This document shows, piece by piece, positions 31,810-41,716 of a stretch of 64,000 nt of DNA. Under the pieces are notes generated by a model. The model was not told the DNA's origin. It made no database searches and worked only from the letters and a program-made list of their open reading frames with translations. The stretch's first letter is position 1; every line of letters begins with the position of its first letter. Source of the DNA: SAR202 cluster bacterium. Its GTDB lineage: Bacteria > Chloroflexota > Dehalococcoidia > Lucifugimonadales > UBA3495. The stretch is taken from assembly GCA_016872385.1 (NCBI GenBank), contig VGZV01000002.1:12106-76105 (forward strand), read 5' to 3'. The position numbers were made by a program, and so were the translations under genes.

Positions 31810-33669
31810 CTACCGGCGCACCCACCAGACCAGGGCAGCGGCCATTCCCAGCAAGCCTGGCAGCAAGAACCAGGAAGAAAAGCGGACAAAGTTGTGCTCA
31901 TTCTTATCCAGATTCAACTCCCGGAAGTCCAGGGCCTTGGGACGAATGGAGACCAGGGAGTAGTCGCCCAGCAGGTAGTTGGCCGAGTTAAGGAAAAGGT
32001 CGGCTCCGCTGCCCCTGCCATAAAAACTGTTGCTGACAAAATCGGCGTCGCCGAATACCACCAGGCTGGCTATGTCGGACTCGCTTAAACCGGCTGCCGA
32101 AGAGGGCAGCGGCGCGCCTACTGGCCGCACGGCCTTCACTAATGCCGCGGGAACAAAGGGGCCTTGCTGGTCGGCTTGAGGGGTGTCGCCAGTGATGGGT
32201 TCGGTGCGCTGCGGGTCCGTAATCAAGTAGCTGTTGATTGAAGTCACTCCCAAGGGTATGGCCAGCCGCAGGCCGTCGTCGGTCAGGGTCATGGCGGCAG
32301 CGCCGGGCATGAAAACCGTCTGGAGCGGCTCACCTGTGGGGATGATGATCTCCGGCGGCGCCTGGGGATTGAACACGCTGAGGCGAATGGTCTTCTCCTG
32401 TCCTTCGCCGGGCACGGAACGTTCCAGATCGCGAATGTACCCTGGCAAAAGGTTAACGCCCCACCGCGCCAGGAAAAGGCGGAAAGTCTCGTGGGTGTCC
32501 GGTTCGCCAAGAAAGATGATGCGCCCGCCCTCGCGCCGCGGCGTATCGTCAGCATTGCGGCCCTGCAGGTACTTGTCCAGCGCCTGGGCATGGGCTGCGG
32601 GCAACTCTCCGGTGGGCCCGCCGATTACCAGCAGCGCCGCATCTTCGGGCACCGAGATAGACTCGTCCGAGGAATCCCAGGACAGGAGGTCCGGCTGGTA
32701 GTTGTCGCGCTCCAGGCCAGCCCGCAGGGAGGCGTAGCCATCGCCCAGACTGGTGAAGTAGTTGCGCTCCCCGTGGCCGCTGAGGAAATAGACCTTCTTG
32801 CGTTCCTTGCCGGTGGCCACCAGGATGGCCGTATACATCTGCTGTTCCAACTGGCTGTAGTCCGGGTCGGTGCGCTGCACAATATCGGTCAGCTTGGAAT
32901 TGCCGCCTTCCACCACTACCGATTCATACTTGGTGATGCCATACTGGCGGGCAATTTCCGGCTCCAGGTCCGGGTCCTTGAACTCATAGGTAAATTTGCT
33001 GGTGCGAATCTTGAACTCGCGCAGGGTCTGTTCCACCTTGGTGCGCCGGATAATCAGCTCTGGGTCCTGCTGGTAATCGCTGGTGTAAAAGGCAGTGACC
33101 TTCACCGGCTGGTCCAGGTTATCCAGCAGATTGCGGGTGTTATTGGCCAGGCTGAACTGCTGGTTGGCGGTCACATCAATGCGCTTATGGTTCTCATAAG
33201 ACACGAAGCCCACCACCACAATGATGCCCAGGAATGCTGCGGTCATTATTAGCGAATTGACGCCGTAGCGCCCAGTGCGGCTGATGAATGCGGATATGAT
33301 GGCGCTGAGGGACACGGATGCGACCACGCCAAGCAGCGCGATGCCAATAGCCAGCACTATGTAAGCGTACAGCTTCAGCGACCCCACAAATGCCAATAAG
33401 ACAATGGCGGTGACAAGAGCTACCACACCGGCCACGGCCAGGGGCAACCCAAAGGAAGCCACGGTATCCAGCCCAGGTTCCAAGTAGCTGAACAGGGTGC
33501 GGGAGACTGCTGGCTCTGCCGCGACTGGTGTGACTGCGGCATCGGTATCTCCTGGGGACGGCGCGCCAGCGCTGGCTGCGGGGGCTGGGGCTTCCGGCTG
33601 GGCGCGCCTGCGGCGGCGGGCGCCTGGTTGGCGGCGCCAGTCCGGGGTCTGGGGAGACTGCTGACTCAT
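31810..33669 (-). CDS. GldG-family ABC-transporter auxiliary protein
   Basis: 619 aa with N- and C-terminal TM segments flanking a large extracytoplasmic domain. Directly follows ABC-2 permease and ATPase genes. Confidence 0.7.
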   Translation of the reverse strand: MSQQSPQTPDWRRQPGARRRRRAQPEAPAPAASAGAPSPGDTDAAVTPVAAEPAVSRTLFSYLEPGLDTVASFGLPLAVAGVVALVTAIVLLAFVGSLKLYAYIVLAIGIALLGVVASVSLSAIISAFISRTGRYGVNSLIMTAAFLGIIVVVGFVSYENHKRIDVTANQQFSLANNTRNLLDNLDQPVKVTAFYTSDYQQDPELIIRRTKVEQTLREFKIRTSKFTYEFKDPDLEPEIARQYGITKYESVVVEGGNSKLTDIVQRTDPDYSQLEQQMYTAILVATGKERKKVYFLSGHGERNYFTSLGDGYASLRAGLERDNYQPDLLSWDSSDESISVPEDAALLVIGGPTGELPAAHAQALDKYLQGRNADDTPRREGGRIIFLGEPDTHETFRLFLARWGVNLLPGYIRDLERSVPGEGQEKTIRLSVFNPQAPPEIIIPTGEPLQTVFMPGAAAMTLTDDGLRLAIPLGVTSINSYLITDPQRTEPITGDTPQADQQGPFVPAALVKAVRPVGAPLPSSAAGLSESDIASLVVFGDADFVSNSFYGRGSGADLFLNSANYLLGDYSLVSIRPKALDFRELNLDKNEHNFVRFSSWFLLPGLLGMAAALVWWVRR

Positions 33670-33670
33670 G

Positions 33671-34384
33671 TTATCTCCAGCGGCGGGCTTCCAGAGCGCG
33701 CACCGTTATAAACAGGAAAACTGCGGTGACGCACACGAAGTAGACAATGTGTTTGGTGTCAATCACGCCCAGGCCAAAATCGTCAAAGTGGGTCTTGATG
33801 CTCATCTCGCCAATGATGGTGGCCGGGAGGCCAGTGACTGCGGCGGCGGCGAAGTCGCTAAAGTAAAGCACCAGAAGTATACCCATAGCAACCACCGCCG
33901 CCACAATCTGGTTGTTGGTCAAGCTGGAAGTAAGCATGCCAACGGCCAGGGCGGCAGCGCCGTAGAGGAACAGTCCCAGGTAACCCGCGTAGATGGGACC
34001 GGGGTCTGGGCTGGCAAAGATGAACAGCAGCAGAACATAGTACCCAGTCAAGGCCACCATCGCCATGAGAAACACCAGGCTGGCCAGGTACTTACCCGCT
34101 ACCACCTCCCAGTCCCGCACCGGCGCCGTCAGCAGCAACTCTACGGTGCCCAGCTTGCGCTCTTCCGCCAGCAGGCGCATGGTCAAAGCAGGGGCCAGCA
34201 AGATCATGATGATGGTGGCGCCTTGGTAGAAGCTGCTGAGCGAAGCTTCCGGGAATGGATTGCCAAAGTCGCGAACGAAGAAAAACCCGGTCAGCGCCAG
34301 AAAAATCATCCCCACGATGTAAGCCATTGGGCTGCTGAAATATACCTGAATCTCTTTCCAGGCCACTGCTTGGACTCGCTGCAT
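33671..34384 (-). CDS. ABC-2 type transporter permease (GldF-like)
   Basis: 237 aa, about 6 TM helices. Separated from its neighbours by 1-3 nt. Confidence 0.8.
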   Translation of the reverse strand: MQRVQAVAWKEIQVYFSSPMAYIVGMIFLALTGFFFVRDFGNPFPEASLSSFYQGATIIMILLAPALTMRLLAEERKLGTVELLLTAPVRDWEVVAGKYLASLVFLMAMVALTGYYVLLLFIFASPDPGPIYAGYLGLFLYGAAALAVGMLTSSLTNNQIVAAVVAMGILLVLYFSDFAAAAVTGLPATIIGEMSIKTHFDDFGLGVIDTKHIVYFVCVTAVFLFITVRALEARRWR

Positions 34385-34387
34385 TAA

Positions 34388-35344
34388 TTAAGACTCCTCT
34401 CGGGTGGTGAGCTTGAGGAAAATCTCCTCCAGGCTCATGGTGGACATACGCATACTCAGCAGCCCCCAGCCCTGGCTGATGACAACCCGGGAAATTTCGT
34501 CCCGCAGATCCAGTCCATGCCTGGCCTGCACAATGAACAGGTTCCGGTTACGGCCGGTCGGCGGCTGTACGTCGGTGACCCCGTTAATCCGGCGCAAGGC
34601 TGCCGCCACTTCCGCAGCCGGGCCGCGGACCTCTACTTCAATGCGCTCCACGCCCTGGAGGTTCTGGGCCAGGCGCTGGGGCGTGTCCTCTGCCACGATG
34701 TGGCCCTGGTGGATGATGAGCACCCGCTGGCACAACATGCTGACTTCGGGCAAGATGTGGCTGCTGAGCACCACCGTCTGCTCTTTACCCAGGTCTTGAA
34801 TCAGCCTCCGGGTCTCTACCACCTGGATAGGATCAATGCCGATGGTCGGCTCGTCCAGCACCAGCACTTCTGGGTCGTGCAGAATGGCTTGGGCCACGCC
34901 AACCCGCTGGCGGAACCCCTTGGACAGCTTGCCAATAATGGTGCGCCGGTAGTCGCCAAGGCGGCAAAGGTCTATGACCTCGCCAATGCGCACTTTGAGC
35001 TTACGGGAAGGCACCCCGCGCAAAGTGCCCATGTACTTCAAGTAGCTGGTAACAGTCATTTCGGTGTAAAGAGGGACCGTTTCGGGCAAGTAGCCCACCC
35101 GGCGGCGGGCTTCCAGGGCCTGCTCCACCACATCAAAGCCGGCCACCGTAACTTTACCCTGGGTGGGCGGCATAAAGCCAGTGATAATGCGCATGGTGGT
35201 GGTCTTGCCAGCGCCGTTGGGGCCTAGAAAGCCCAGAATCTCCCCGCGCTGCACTTCAAAATTCACGTCCTCAATGGCGGGACGGGGGCCGTAGAAGTGG
35301 GTAAGCCCCTTCACCTCAATCATTGGGGAGCCATTGTTGCTCAT
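34388..35344 (-). CDS. ABC transporter ATP-binding protein (GldA-like)
   Basis: Start taken at MSNNGSPMIEVKGL. Walker A GPNGAGKTT, signature LSKGFRQR, Walker B VLVLDEPT. The track start at 35509 is a 5' extension. Confidence 0.9.
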   Translation of the reverse strand: MSNNGSPMIEVKGLTHFYGPRPAIEDVNFEVQRGEILGFLGPNGAGKTTTMRIITGFMPPTQGKVTVAGFDVVEQALEARRRVGYLPETVPLYTEMTVTSYLKYMGTLRGVPSRKLKVRIGEVIDLCRLGDYRRTIIGKLSKGFRQRVGVAQAILHDPEVLVLDEPTIGIDPIQVVETRRLIQDLGKEQTVVLSSHILPEVSMLCQRVLIIHQGHIVAEDTPQRLAQNLQGVERIEVEVRGPAAEVAAALRRINGVTDVQPPTGRNRNLFIVQARHGLDLRDEISRVVISQGWGLLSMRMSTMSLEEIFLKLTTREES

Positions 35345-35503
35345 AAATCTGCTTTCCGCCCAGGCCGCCAGCCAGCCCGTTGTGTAAGGGTAGTAGTGAT
35401 GATATTCTATACATCTGGTTTTGCCAAGTGAGGCCCACCGGTCAACAGGGATTACAGGCCCCTGTCTTGTCAAGACGGCGTGTGGCACGTTTTTGGAGGT
35501 AGA

Positions 35504-35941
35504 ATGCACCTGGTCATCGACGGTTACGGCGGCAACGCCGCCAAGATGTGGGATCCAGAACTGGTGCGCAGCTTTTTGATTGAATATCCTGACAAGCTGG
35601 GCATGACCCGCATCACCGAGCCTAAAGTTTTAGAATATCTGGGCCCTAAGGAAGAGGATGCCGGAGTTTCTGGCTTTGTCATCATCGCGGAAAGCCACAT
35701 CAGCATCCATACCTTCCCTCACCGCAACTACGTCAATATTGACATATTTTCCTGCAAAGCTTTTGACACGGACCGCGCCCTGGCCGATGCAAAAGCCCTG
35801 TTTGACCTGTCTGACGTAAAGACGTGGCTCCTGCCCCGGGGCCTGGAATGGCTGGACCGCCAGCAAGCCCTGGACGAGGTCAAGACCCAAAGGGCTACCT
35901 TGCAGGGCGCCGGCTCTGGCACTGCTACTGGCCGTGGCTGA
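35504..35941 (+). CDS. speH: S-adenosylmethionine decarboxylase proenzyme (class 1, small type)
   Basis: MHLVIDGYG... with the self-cleavage site motif IIAESHISIHTFP. GGAGG SD 4 nt upstream. Confidence 0.85.
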   Translation: MHLVIDGYGGNAAKMWDPELVRSFLIEYPDKLGMTRITEPKVLEYLGPKEEDAGVSGFVIIAESHISIHTFPHRNYVNIDIFSCKAFDTDRALADAKALFDLSDVKTWLLPRGLEWLDRQQALDEVKTQRATLQGAGSGTATGRG

Positions 35942-36860
35942 TTCCCGGCACGAAGATCTGCCCTGGGTGCTGCGGAATTTTCTGGCTCTCCCCAGCCATC
36001 AAAGCGATTTGGATCGAGCGCGGGTAGTACTGATGCCGGTGCCCTATGACAGCACCACCTCAGCCCGCACCGGCGCCCGCTACGGTCCAGAGGCCATCAT
36101 TCAGGCCTCGGCCTCTCTAGAAGACTACGACTGGGAGCTGGACCTGGATGTGGCGGAGGTGGGCATCCATACTGCGCCAATCCTGGAGCCCCACACCGGC
36201 GACCCGCGCTTGATGACCCAGCGGATTCAGCAGGCGGTGTCGCTTTTTTTGTCCCAAGGAAAGTTGGTGGGTATACTGGGGGGAGAACACTCGGTGTGCA
36301 TAGGCTCAGTGCAGGCACACCTGGATTACTATCCCAACCTATCAGTCTTGTACCTGGACGCCCACGCCGACCTGCGGCAGGAGTTTTTGGGCACCCGGTG
36401 GAGCCATGCTTGTGGGGCGCGCCGCATTCACGAACAGTGTCCTCTGGTACTGGCAGGTCTCCGCAGTTTGTGCCTGGAGGAGCGGGATTATATACGTGGG
36501 CAGGCCATCCCCGCCTTTTTCTGGCCGCCCCAGGGAACGGAAAGCGATTACATCCAGCAGGTAACACAAAGACTAGGCCCAGAAGTGTATATTAGTCTGG
36601 ATTTGGACGTGCTGGACCCGTCGCTGATGCCCGCGGTGGGCACTCCCGAGCCAGGTGGCATGAACTGGCGGCAGCTTATGGCGCTCCTCAGCGCAGTGGC
36701 TCAGGCAAAGCGGATTGTGGGCTTTGACGTGAATGAGCTTTCTCCCCACGAAGGCCCGGCCGCGTGTTCCTACACCGCGGCCAAGCTGGTTTACAAACTG
36801 ATAGGCTACGCTGCCCAGGCCGGTTCACTGCCCAAAAGCCCCAGCGCCGAGTCAATCTGA
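35934..36860 (+). CDS. speB: agmatinase (arginase/ureohydrolase family)
   Basis: Metal-binding motifs GGEHSV, LDAHADL and SLDLDVLDP. Overlaps the speH stop by 8 nt. Confidence 0.8.
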   Translation: MADSRHEDLPWVLRNFLALPSHQSDLDRARVVLMPVPYDSTTSARTGARYGPEAIIQASASLEDYDWELDLDVAEVGIHTAPILEPHTGDPRLMTQRIQQAVSLFLSQGKLVGILGGEHSVCIGSVQAHLDYYPNLSVLYLDAHADLRQEFLGTRWSHACGARRIHEQCPLVLAGLRSLCLEERDYIRGQAIPAFFWPPQGTESDYIQQVTQRLGPEVYISLDLDVLDPSLMPAVGTPEPGGMNWRQLMALLSAVAQAKRIVGFDVNELSPHEGPAACSYTAAKLVYKLIGYAAQAGSLPKSPSAESI

Positions 36861-36905
36861 ACAAAGTTACCGCAAACAGAGCGCACGCCAACAGGGAGGA
36901 CACCC

Positions 36906-38027
36906 ATGGGAGCCTCCATCCGACTGGGCCGGATATTCGGCATCCCCATTATCATCAACTTCAGCTGGGTTTTCATTTTCTTCCTGGTCACCTATACCCT
37001 TAGCGCCCAGTTTGGGGACAGTTATCCGCGTTGGAACCTGATACAACAGTGGGCCACCGCCGGGGCAACATCCTTGCTTTTCTTTACCTCGGTGCTGGCC
37101 CACGAGCTGTCCCACAGCCTGCTGGCGGTGCGTAAGGGCATACCGGTGCGGGGCATCACCCTGTTCATCTTTGGCGGAGTCTCTCACCTGGCCCACGAAG
37201 CCCGCAGGCCAATGACCGAGTTCCTAGTGGCGGTAGTTGGCCCGGCCAGCAGCCTGCTGCTGGGACTTTTGTTCTTCGCGGCAAGCCGGGTTCTACAAGA
37301 CGTCAGCGAAACGCTGGCTGCGATCTGTATCGTACTTTCACCCATAAATTTCATGCTGGGCATTTTCAACATGCTGCCCGGCTTTCCCCTGGATGGCGGA
37401 AGGGTTTTGCGGGCAGCAGTGTGGGGCATCACGGGCAGCTACTGGCGCGGCACGCAAATCGCAGCCCGCGCAGGCCAGGCCATCGGGGGCTTGATGGTCG
37501 CCGGAGGCATAGCCTGGCTGCTCTTCGCCCCGGAAGTACGGTTCCAGGGATTGTGGTTTGCCCTCATCGGAGCTTTTTTGTTCTCGGCCGCCACCACCAG
37601 CTATCGCCAGGAGCAGATTCGCGAGAACCTCAAAAACTACACCGTGGCCGACGTGATGCGCACCGGCTGGAACGTCCTGCCGGGAGAGACTCTGGCCGGT
37701 TCTCCTGCCGTAGCCCAGGCTTTGGCCGGTCGCGAGGAGTTCGTAGCAGTCTTGACGGGAGACCGCATTGGCGGCATCTTCACCCGCCGGCAACTGGCGC
37801 GGCTCCCGGCAGCCACGGCCGCCCAAATCCCCCTGGGCATGGCCATGACCCCCCTTTCCGCGATGCCCAAAGTTTCGCCAGAGGAGCCAATGTTTGGCAT
37901 AATCGAGCGCCTGGAAGCGGAGAACATGGACCGGCTGGCCGTAGTGCGGGACGATGCCCTGCTGGGCCTGGTGAGCCGGGAAGACGTGATGCGCTGGCTC
38001 CAGCGGGGTCCGCAACGGGCCAGCTAG
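36906..38027 (+). CDS. site-2 (M50) metalloprotease with C-terminal CBS pair
   Basis: HELSH zinc motif, FNMLPGFPLDGG second motif, multiple TM segments and a CBS-like C-terminus. Confidence 0.85.
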   Translation: MGASIRLGRIFGIPIIINFSWVFIFFLVTYTLSAQFGDSYPRWNLIQQWATAGATSLLFFTSVLAHELSHSLLAVRKGIPVRGITLFIFGGVSHLAHEARRPMTEFLVAVVGPASSLLLGLLFFAASRVLQDVSETLAAICIVLSPINFMLGIFNMLPGFPLDGGRVLRAAVWGITGSYWRGTQIAARAGQAIGGLMVAGGIAWLLFAPEVRFQGLWFALIGAFLFSAATTSYRQEQIRENLKNYTVADVMRTGWNVLPGETLAGSPAVAQALAGREEFVAVLTGDRIGGIFTRRQLARLPAATAAQIPLGMAMTPLSAMPKVSPEEPMFGIIERLEAENMDRLAVVRDDALLGLVSREDVMRWLQRGPQRAS

Positions 38028-38053
38028 ACCCTGGTGAGGCGTCCCGCAGCCTG

Positions 38054-38062
38054 TGCTACAAT
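38054..38062 (+). promoter_or_regulatory. extended -10 candidate (TGcTACAAT) upstream of the cysteine desulfurase gene
   Basis: The identical 9-mer also occurs at 46472-46480. Lies 30 nt before ATG 38092. Confidence 0.35.
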
Positions 38063-38091
38063 AGCTTTATACTGGCAAAGGGTTAGCCGTC

Positions 38092-39303
38092 ATGCCGTCG
38101 CAAGGATACATCTACTTGGACCATGCTGCCACCACGCCCACCGACCCGGCGGTGCTGGAAGCCATGCTCCCCTACTTCAGCCAGATGTATGGCAATCCTT
38201 CCAGCATCCATACTGCGGGTCAGGAGGCGCGCCGCGCTCTAGACGACGCCAGGGAGCGGGTGGCGCGGGTCTTGCATTGCCGGACCAGCGAGGTCATCTT
38301 CACCAGCGGCGGCACCGAATCAGATAATGCGGCCATACACGGCGCGGCCACGGCGCTGCAAGAGACGGGCAACCACGTAATCACCACCAGTGTGGAACAC
38401 CACGCGGTGCTGCACACCTGCCAATACCTGGAAAACCTGGGGTTCGAGGTCAGCTACCTGCCGGTGGACCGCTTTGGAATGATGCACCCTGAGACAGTGT
38501 ACCGGGCCATCACTGAGCGCACCACGCTGGTGACGGTGATGTACGCCAACAACGAAATCGGCACGGTCAACCCCATTGCGGAGATCGCACAGGCAGTGAA
38601 ACAGCGCGCCCAGGAACTGGAGCGCACTATAGTGATGCACACGGACGCTGTTCAGGCTGCCAGTTTCCTTGGCCTGAACGTGCGAAGCCTGGGCGTGGAC
38701 ATGCTGAGCCTTTCCGGGCACAAGTTTTATGGCCCCAAGGGCACTGGTGTTCTGTACATCCGCCGTGGCACGCCCTTTCTGCCCCTGATTTTTGGCGGCG
38801 GGCAGGAGCGGGAGCGGCGAGCTGGCACCGAAAACATCGCCGGCATTGTGGGGCAAGCCCTGGCCTTGGAACTGGCGGACGGCCAGCGCCAGCAGTCCAG
38901 CCAGCATTGCGCCAAGCTGAGGGACCAGATCATCGCCCAAGTGTTGGAAAACATTCCCGGGTGCCAGCTTAACGGCCATCCTACCCAACGGTTGCCTAAC
39001 AACGTGAATTTTTCCTTCGAGGGCGTTCAGGGGGAGCCTATTCTGCTAGGACTGGACCTGGCCGGTATTGCAGCCTCCAGCGGCAGCGCATGCAGTTCCG
39101 GTTCCCTGGAGCCGTCCCACGTATTGTTGGCCCTGGGTCAGACTGCGGAGCTGGCGCGTGGCAGCCTGCGCATTACCCTGGGACGCTCCAACACCGAAGA
39201 GCAGGTGGAGCGTATGCTTGAAGTTCTGGGCAAGCTGGTGGCCCAGCTCCGCCAGATGCCTACTCTCACCACGGCGGGCGCCGCCGCCCAGCCACGGAGC
39301 TAA
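38092..39303 (+). CDS. cysteine desulfurase (NifS/IscS class)
   Basis: PLP-lysine motif [10 protein letters not shown] and catalytic loop SSGSACSS. Confidence 0.9.
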   Translation: MPSQGYIYLDHAATTPTDPAVLEAMLPYFSQMYGNPSSIHTAGQEARRALDDARERVARVLHCRTSEVIFTSGGTESDNAAIHGAATALQETGNHVITTSVEHHAVLHTCQYLENLGFEVSYLPVDRFGMMHPETVYRAITERTTLVTVMYANNEIGTVNPIAEIAQAVKQRAQELERTIVMHTDAVQAASFLGLNVRSLGVDMLSLSGHKFYGPKGTGVLYIRRGTPFLPLIFGGGQERERRAGTENIAGIVGQALALELADGQRQQSSQHCAKLRDQIIAQVLENIPGCQLNGHPTQRLPNNVNFSFEGVQGEPILLGLDLAGIAASSGSACSSGSLEPSHVLLALGQTAELARGSLRITLGRSNTEEQVERMLEVLGKLVAQLRQMPTLTTAGAAAQPRS

Positions 39304-39304
39304 C

Positions 39305-39922
39305 TTGCGGACTTTTTCTCTGCCTCGATTGACTCTACTAGCCTTTGTCCTGCTAGTCACGGCAGGCACTATGGCTTGCGAAGAAGCCTCGCCTAACCTG
39401 GGCCGCTACCACCGGGGGAGGACCCTGGACGTGGCAGTAATGTCCATGGAATGGGTGCCGGAGCTGCGGTACTCCACCATTCAGCAGACCGTAACACCGC
39501 CCCCCGACTCGCCTTGCGCCACCGCCATGCCTGCGCCTGACCCCGCCAAGGCCGGTGACCCCGAAGGTAAAATCCGCCACTGGAGGATTTCGCCCACGGA
39601 TAAGGACCTACAGTTGGTGTTGGTGCACTTGAAGGTGGAAAACCACACCGCATCCAGCGCCATCGTCAACGCCGACGAGCAGGCGGCCGAGTTACGGGAC
39701 TTCGCCTCCACGGTTTACCGCCCCTTGAACATCAGCAAGCTGGTGCAGGAGACCACCGAAGCGCCCGGTCCCTTGGGTCGTTCCCTGGTATTCGTGCAGG
39801 GCGCCTTTGAACTGAAGCGAGACTGCGGCGTGGACGGGTGGATGGTATTTGAAGCGCCCAAGGATACCAAGTTCAAGGAGTTCCGGTGGCGCGCCAGCGA
39901 TTCTCTAACCATCGAGTTCTGA
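39305..39922 (+). CDS. DUF4352-like lipoprotein
   Basis: Start taken at TTG 39305, right after the preceding stop. Signal peptide ending ..LLVTAGTMAC, then a beta-rich body (LVLVHLKVENHT...VDGWMVFEAPKD). The track start at 39068 overlaps the desulfurase gene. Confidence 0.5.
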   Translation: MRTFSLPRLTLLAFVLLVTAGTMACEEASPNLGRYHRGRTLDVAVMSMEWVPELRYSTIQQTVTPPPDSPCATAMPAPDPAKAGDPEGKIRHWRISPTDKDLQLVLVHLKVENHTASSAIVNADEQAAELRDFASTVYRPLNISKLVQETTEAPGPLGRSLVFVQGAFELKRDCGVDGWMVFEAPKDTKFKEFRWRASDSLTIEF

Positions 39923-40524
39923 GGGACAGCCGCCGCGGGATCCACCCTCCCATCTGGCGACGCCTTTTCCACGCCACCGCCGGGTCCGTTATACCGGTGG
40001 CCGCGATATTCGCCCCTAAAGTGCCGCTGCTGGCGGCAGTGGGCGCTTTATGCGCCGTCCTGCTGCTGGTGGACGTGGTCCGCTTCCGCTGGCCAGTAGT
40101 GAACCAGGCGTTCATGCGGTGGCTGGCCCCGTTGCTCAAGGCTGAGGAAGACAGCCGCATTACAGGAGCCACTTACATGACCATCGCCTCTTTGCTGGCG
40201 CTGTTGTTATTCCACAAGCCAGTCGCAGTTGCCGCGCTGCTGTTCCTTTCCCTGGGCGATCCAGCTGCCGCGCTAATCGGGCGGCGTGCGGGACCCCGCT
40301 TCCGTCTGCTGGGCAAGTCGCCAGCGGGCACACTGGCCTTTGTGGTGGTAGCCCTGGGGGTTGCCGTGGCGCTGATTCAGTTAGGTGAGGTGCAGCCCCA
40401 CTGGGGGCTGGCTGTGGGAGCAGCAGTGGCGGGGTTGGTAGAACTGATGCCCCTGCCCGTTGATGACAACCTTAGTGTTCCCCTGTCTGCGGGCGCATTG
40501 ATGCAACTGCTGGGCGTGGCCTAG
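39886..40524 (+). CDS. polyprenol/dolichol-kinase-like (CTP-transferase-1 superfamily) membrane protein
   Basis: 212 aa, multi-TM. Motif LSLGDPAAALIGRRAG...GKSPAGTLAF resembles the DGK1/Sec59/phytol-kinase family. Confidence 0.5.
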   Translation: MARQRFSNHRVLRDSRRGIHPPIWRRLFHATAGSVIPVAAIFAPKVPLLAAVGALCAVLLLVDVVRFRWPVVNQAFMRWLAPLLKAEEDSRITGATYMTIASLLALLLFHKPVAVAALLFLSLGDPAAALIGRRAGPRFRLLGKSPAGTLAFVVVALGVAVALIQLGEVQPHWGLAVGAAVAGLVELMPLPVDDNLSVPLSAGALMQLLGVA

Positions 40525-40969
40525 GCCGCGCATGGCTTACGGGCCAGAGGGTGCATCCCTGTTATTAACATTGCGCAGCTAATTGCCTAGATATGGCCCA
40601 CGGCGATAGCCGCCAGGAAGGCCAGCACTGAAATCATGACCACCAGTTCCACCGGACTGAACTTTCCCACTTGCACCAGGGATTTTTCCCTGGGGCGCTC
40701 TCTAAACCGTCGCATGAACTTCTCCAACTTGCTGTGTGCCTCTGAGCCTGAGGCTGATGAACCAGGGCGCTGACAACTGATGATTTCATTGTCCCGTTCC
40801 TGCGTCACAGTCCGGCTACAAACACCGGCACGGACATCACAGGGTAGTTTCCCCAATCTAACAGGGGTGTCACCTCACCATTCCCACAGGCTTTCGCCCT
40901 CATGTCCGCCAGTTGCCACACCCAAGCTGGTCTGATACCCTTAGCCAATCGAACTGAACCTGCGAGGCA

Positions 40970-41716
40970 TTGTTGGCGCCTGCCAATCCAATTAAAGCGT
41001 CCCTGTTTGTTACATGCATTATTGACCAGCTGTACCCACAGGTGGGAGTCAGCGTGGTGCGTGTGCTGCGGCGTCTTGGGGTGGAAGTGGATTTTCCCAT
41101 GGACCAGACCTGCTGCGGGCAGCCCCTCTTCAACGCTGGATATGCCTCAGAAGCCCGCAAATTGGCCCGGCGGGTGCTGGCCAGCTTCCAGCACAGCCAG
41201 TACATAGTGGTGCCGTCGGGTTCCTGCGCCGCCATGCTCAAGGTGTATCTGCCGGAGCTTTTTGCCCACGACGCCGCCCTGTCTGTCCAGTCCCGCGAGC
41301 TGGCGGCCAAGGTGTTCGAGTTTTCCCAATTCCTGGCGGAAGTCCTCAAAGTCTCAGATGCAGGCGGAGATCGCCAATGCCGGGCTGCTTACCATCCCTC
41401 CTGCCACTTGCTGCGGGAATTGGGCGTCCGCGAAGCGCCCCAGAAACTGCTGCGCCAGGTCTCCGGCCTGGAGTTGGTTGACTTGCCCCAGGCAGAGACA
41501 TGCTGCGGCTTTGGCGGTGCCTTTGCTGTCCGCTATCCCCATATATCCGAAAAGATGCTGGGAGATAAGCTGGACAACCTTAAGGCCGCCGGGGCAGACA
41601 CTCTGGTGGCGTGCGACATGGGCTGCTTGATGCATATTGGCGGGGGCAGCGACCGCCAAAGGCTGGGCATAAAGATGCGGCATCTGGCCCAGATACTGGA
41701 CCCGGAGGCCGAGTAA
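40970..41716 (+). CDS. lutA: L-lactate utilisation protein LutA (CCG-domain Fe-S oxidoreductase)
   Basis: KASLFVTCIIDQ start. Two CCG-type motifs (CCGQP...SGSCAAM, CCGFGG...DMGCLMH). Confidence 0.85.
   Translation: MLAPANPIKASLFVTCIIDQLYPQVGVSVVRVLRRLGVEVDFPMDQTCCGQPLFNAGYASEARKLARRVLASFQHSQYIVVPSGSCAAMLKVYLPELFAHDAALSVQSRELAAKVFEFSQFLAEVLKVSDAGGDRQCRAAYHPSCHLLRELGVREAPQKLLRQVSGLELVDLPQAETCCGFGGAFAVRYPHISEKMLGDKLDNLKAAGADTLVACDMGCLMHIGGGSDRQRLGIKMRHLAQILDPEAE

Noticed and set aside
40587-40715. 42-aa ORF (MRRFRERPREKSLVQVGKFSPVELVVMISVLAFLAAIAVGHI) resembling a prepilin-type N-terminus.
   Set aside because: It lacks the G/FTLIE cleavage motif and any globular pilin domain, and it is very short and unaccompanied by pilus genes. 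It could be a real small membrane protein, but the evidence (weak GGAGA SD only) is too thin to list as a feature.
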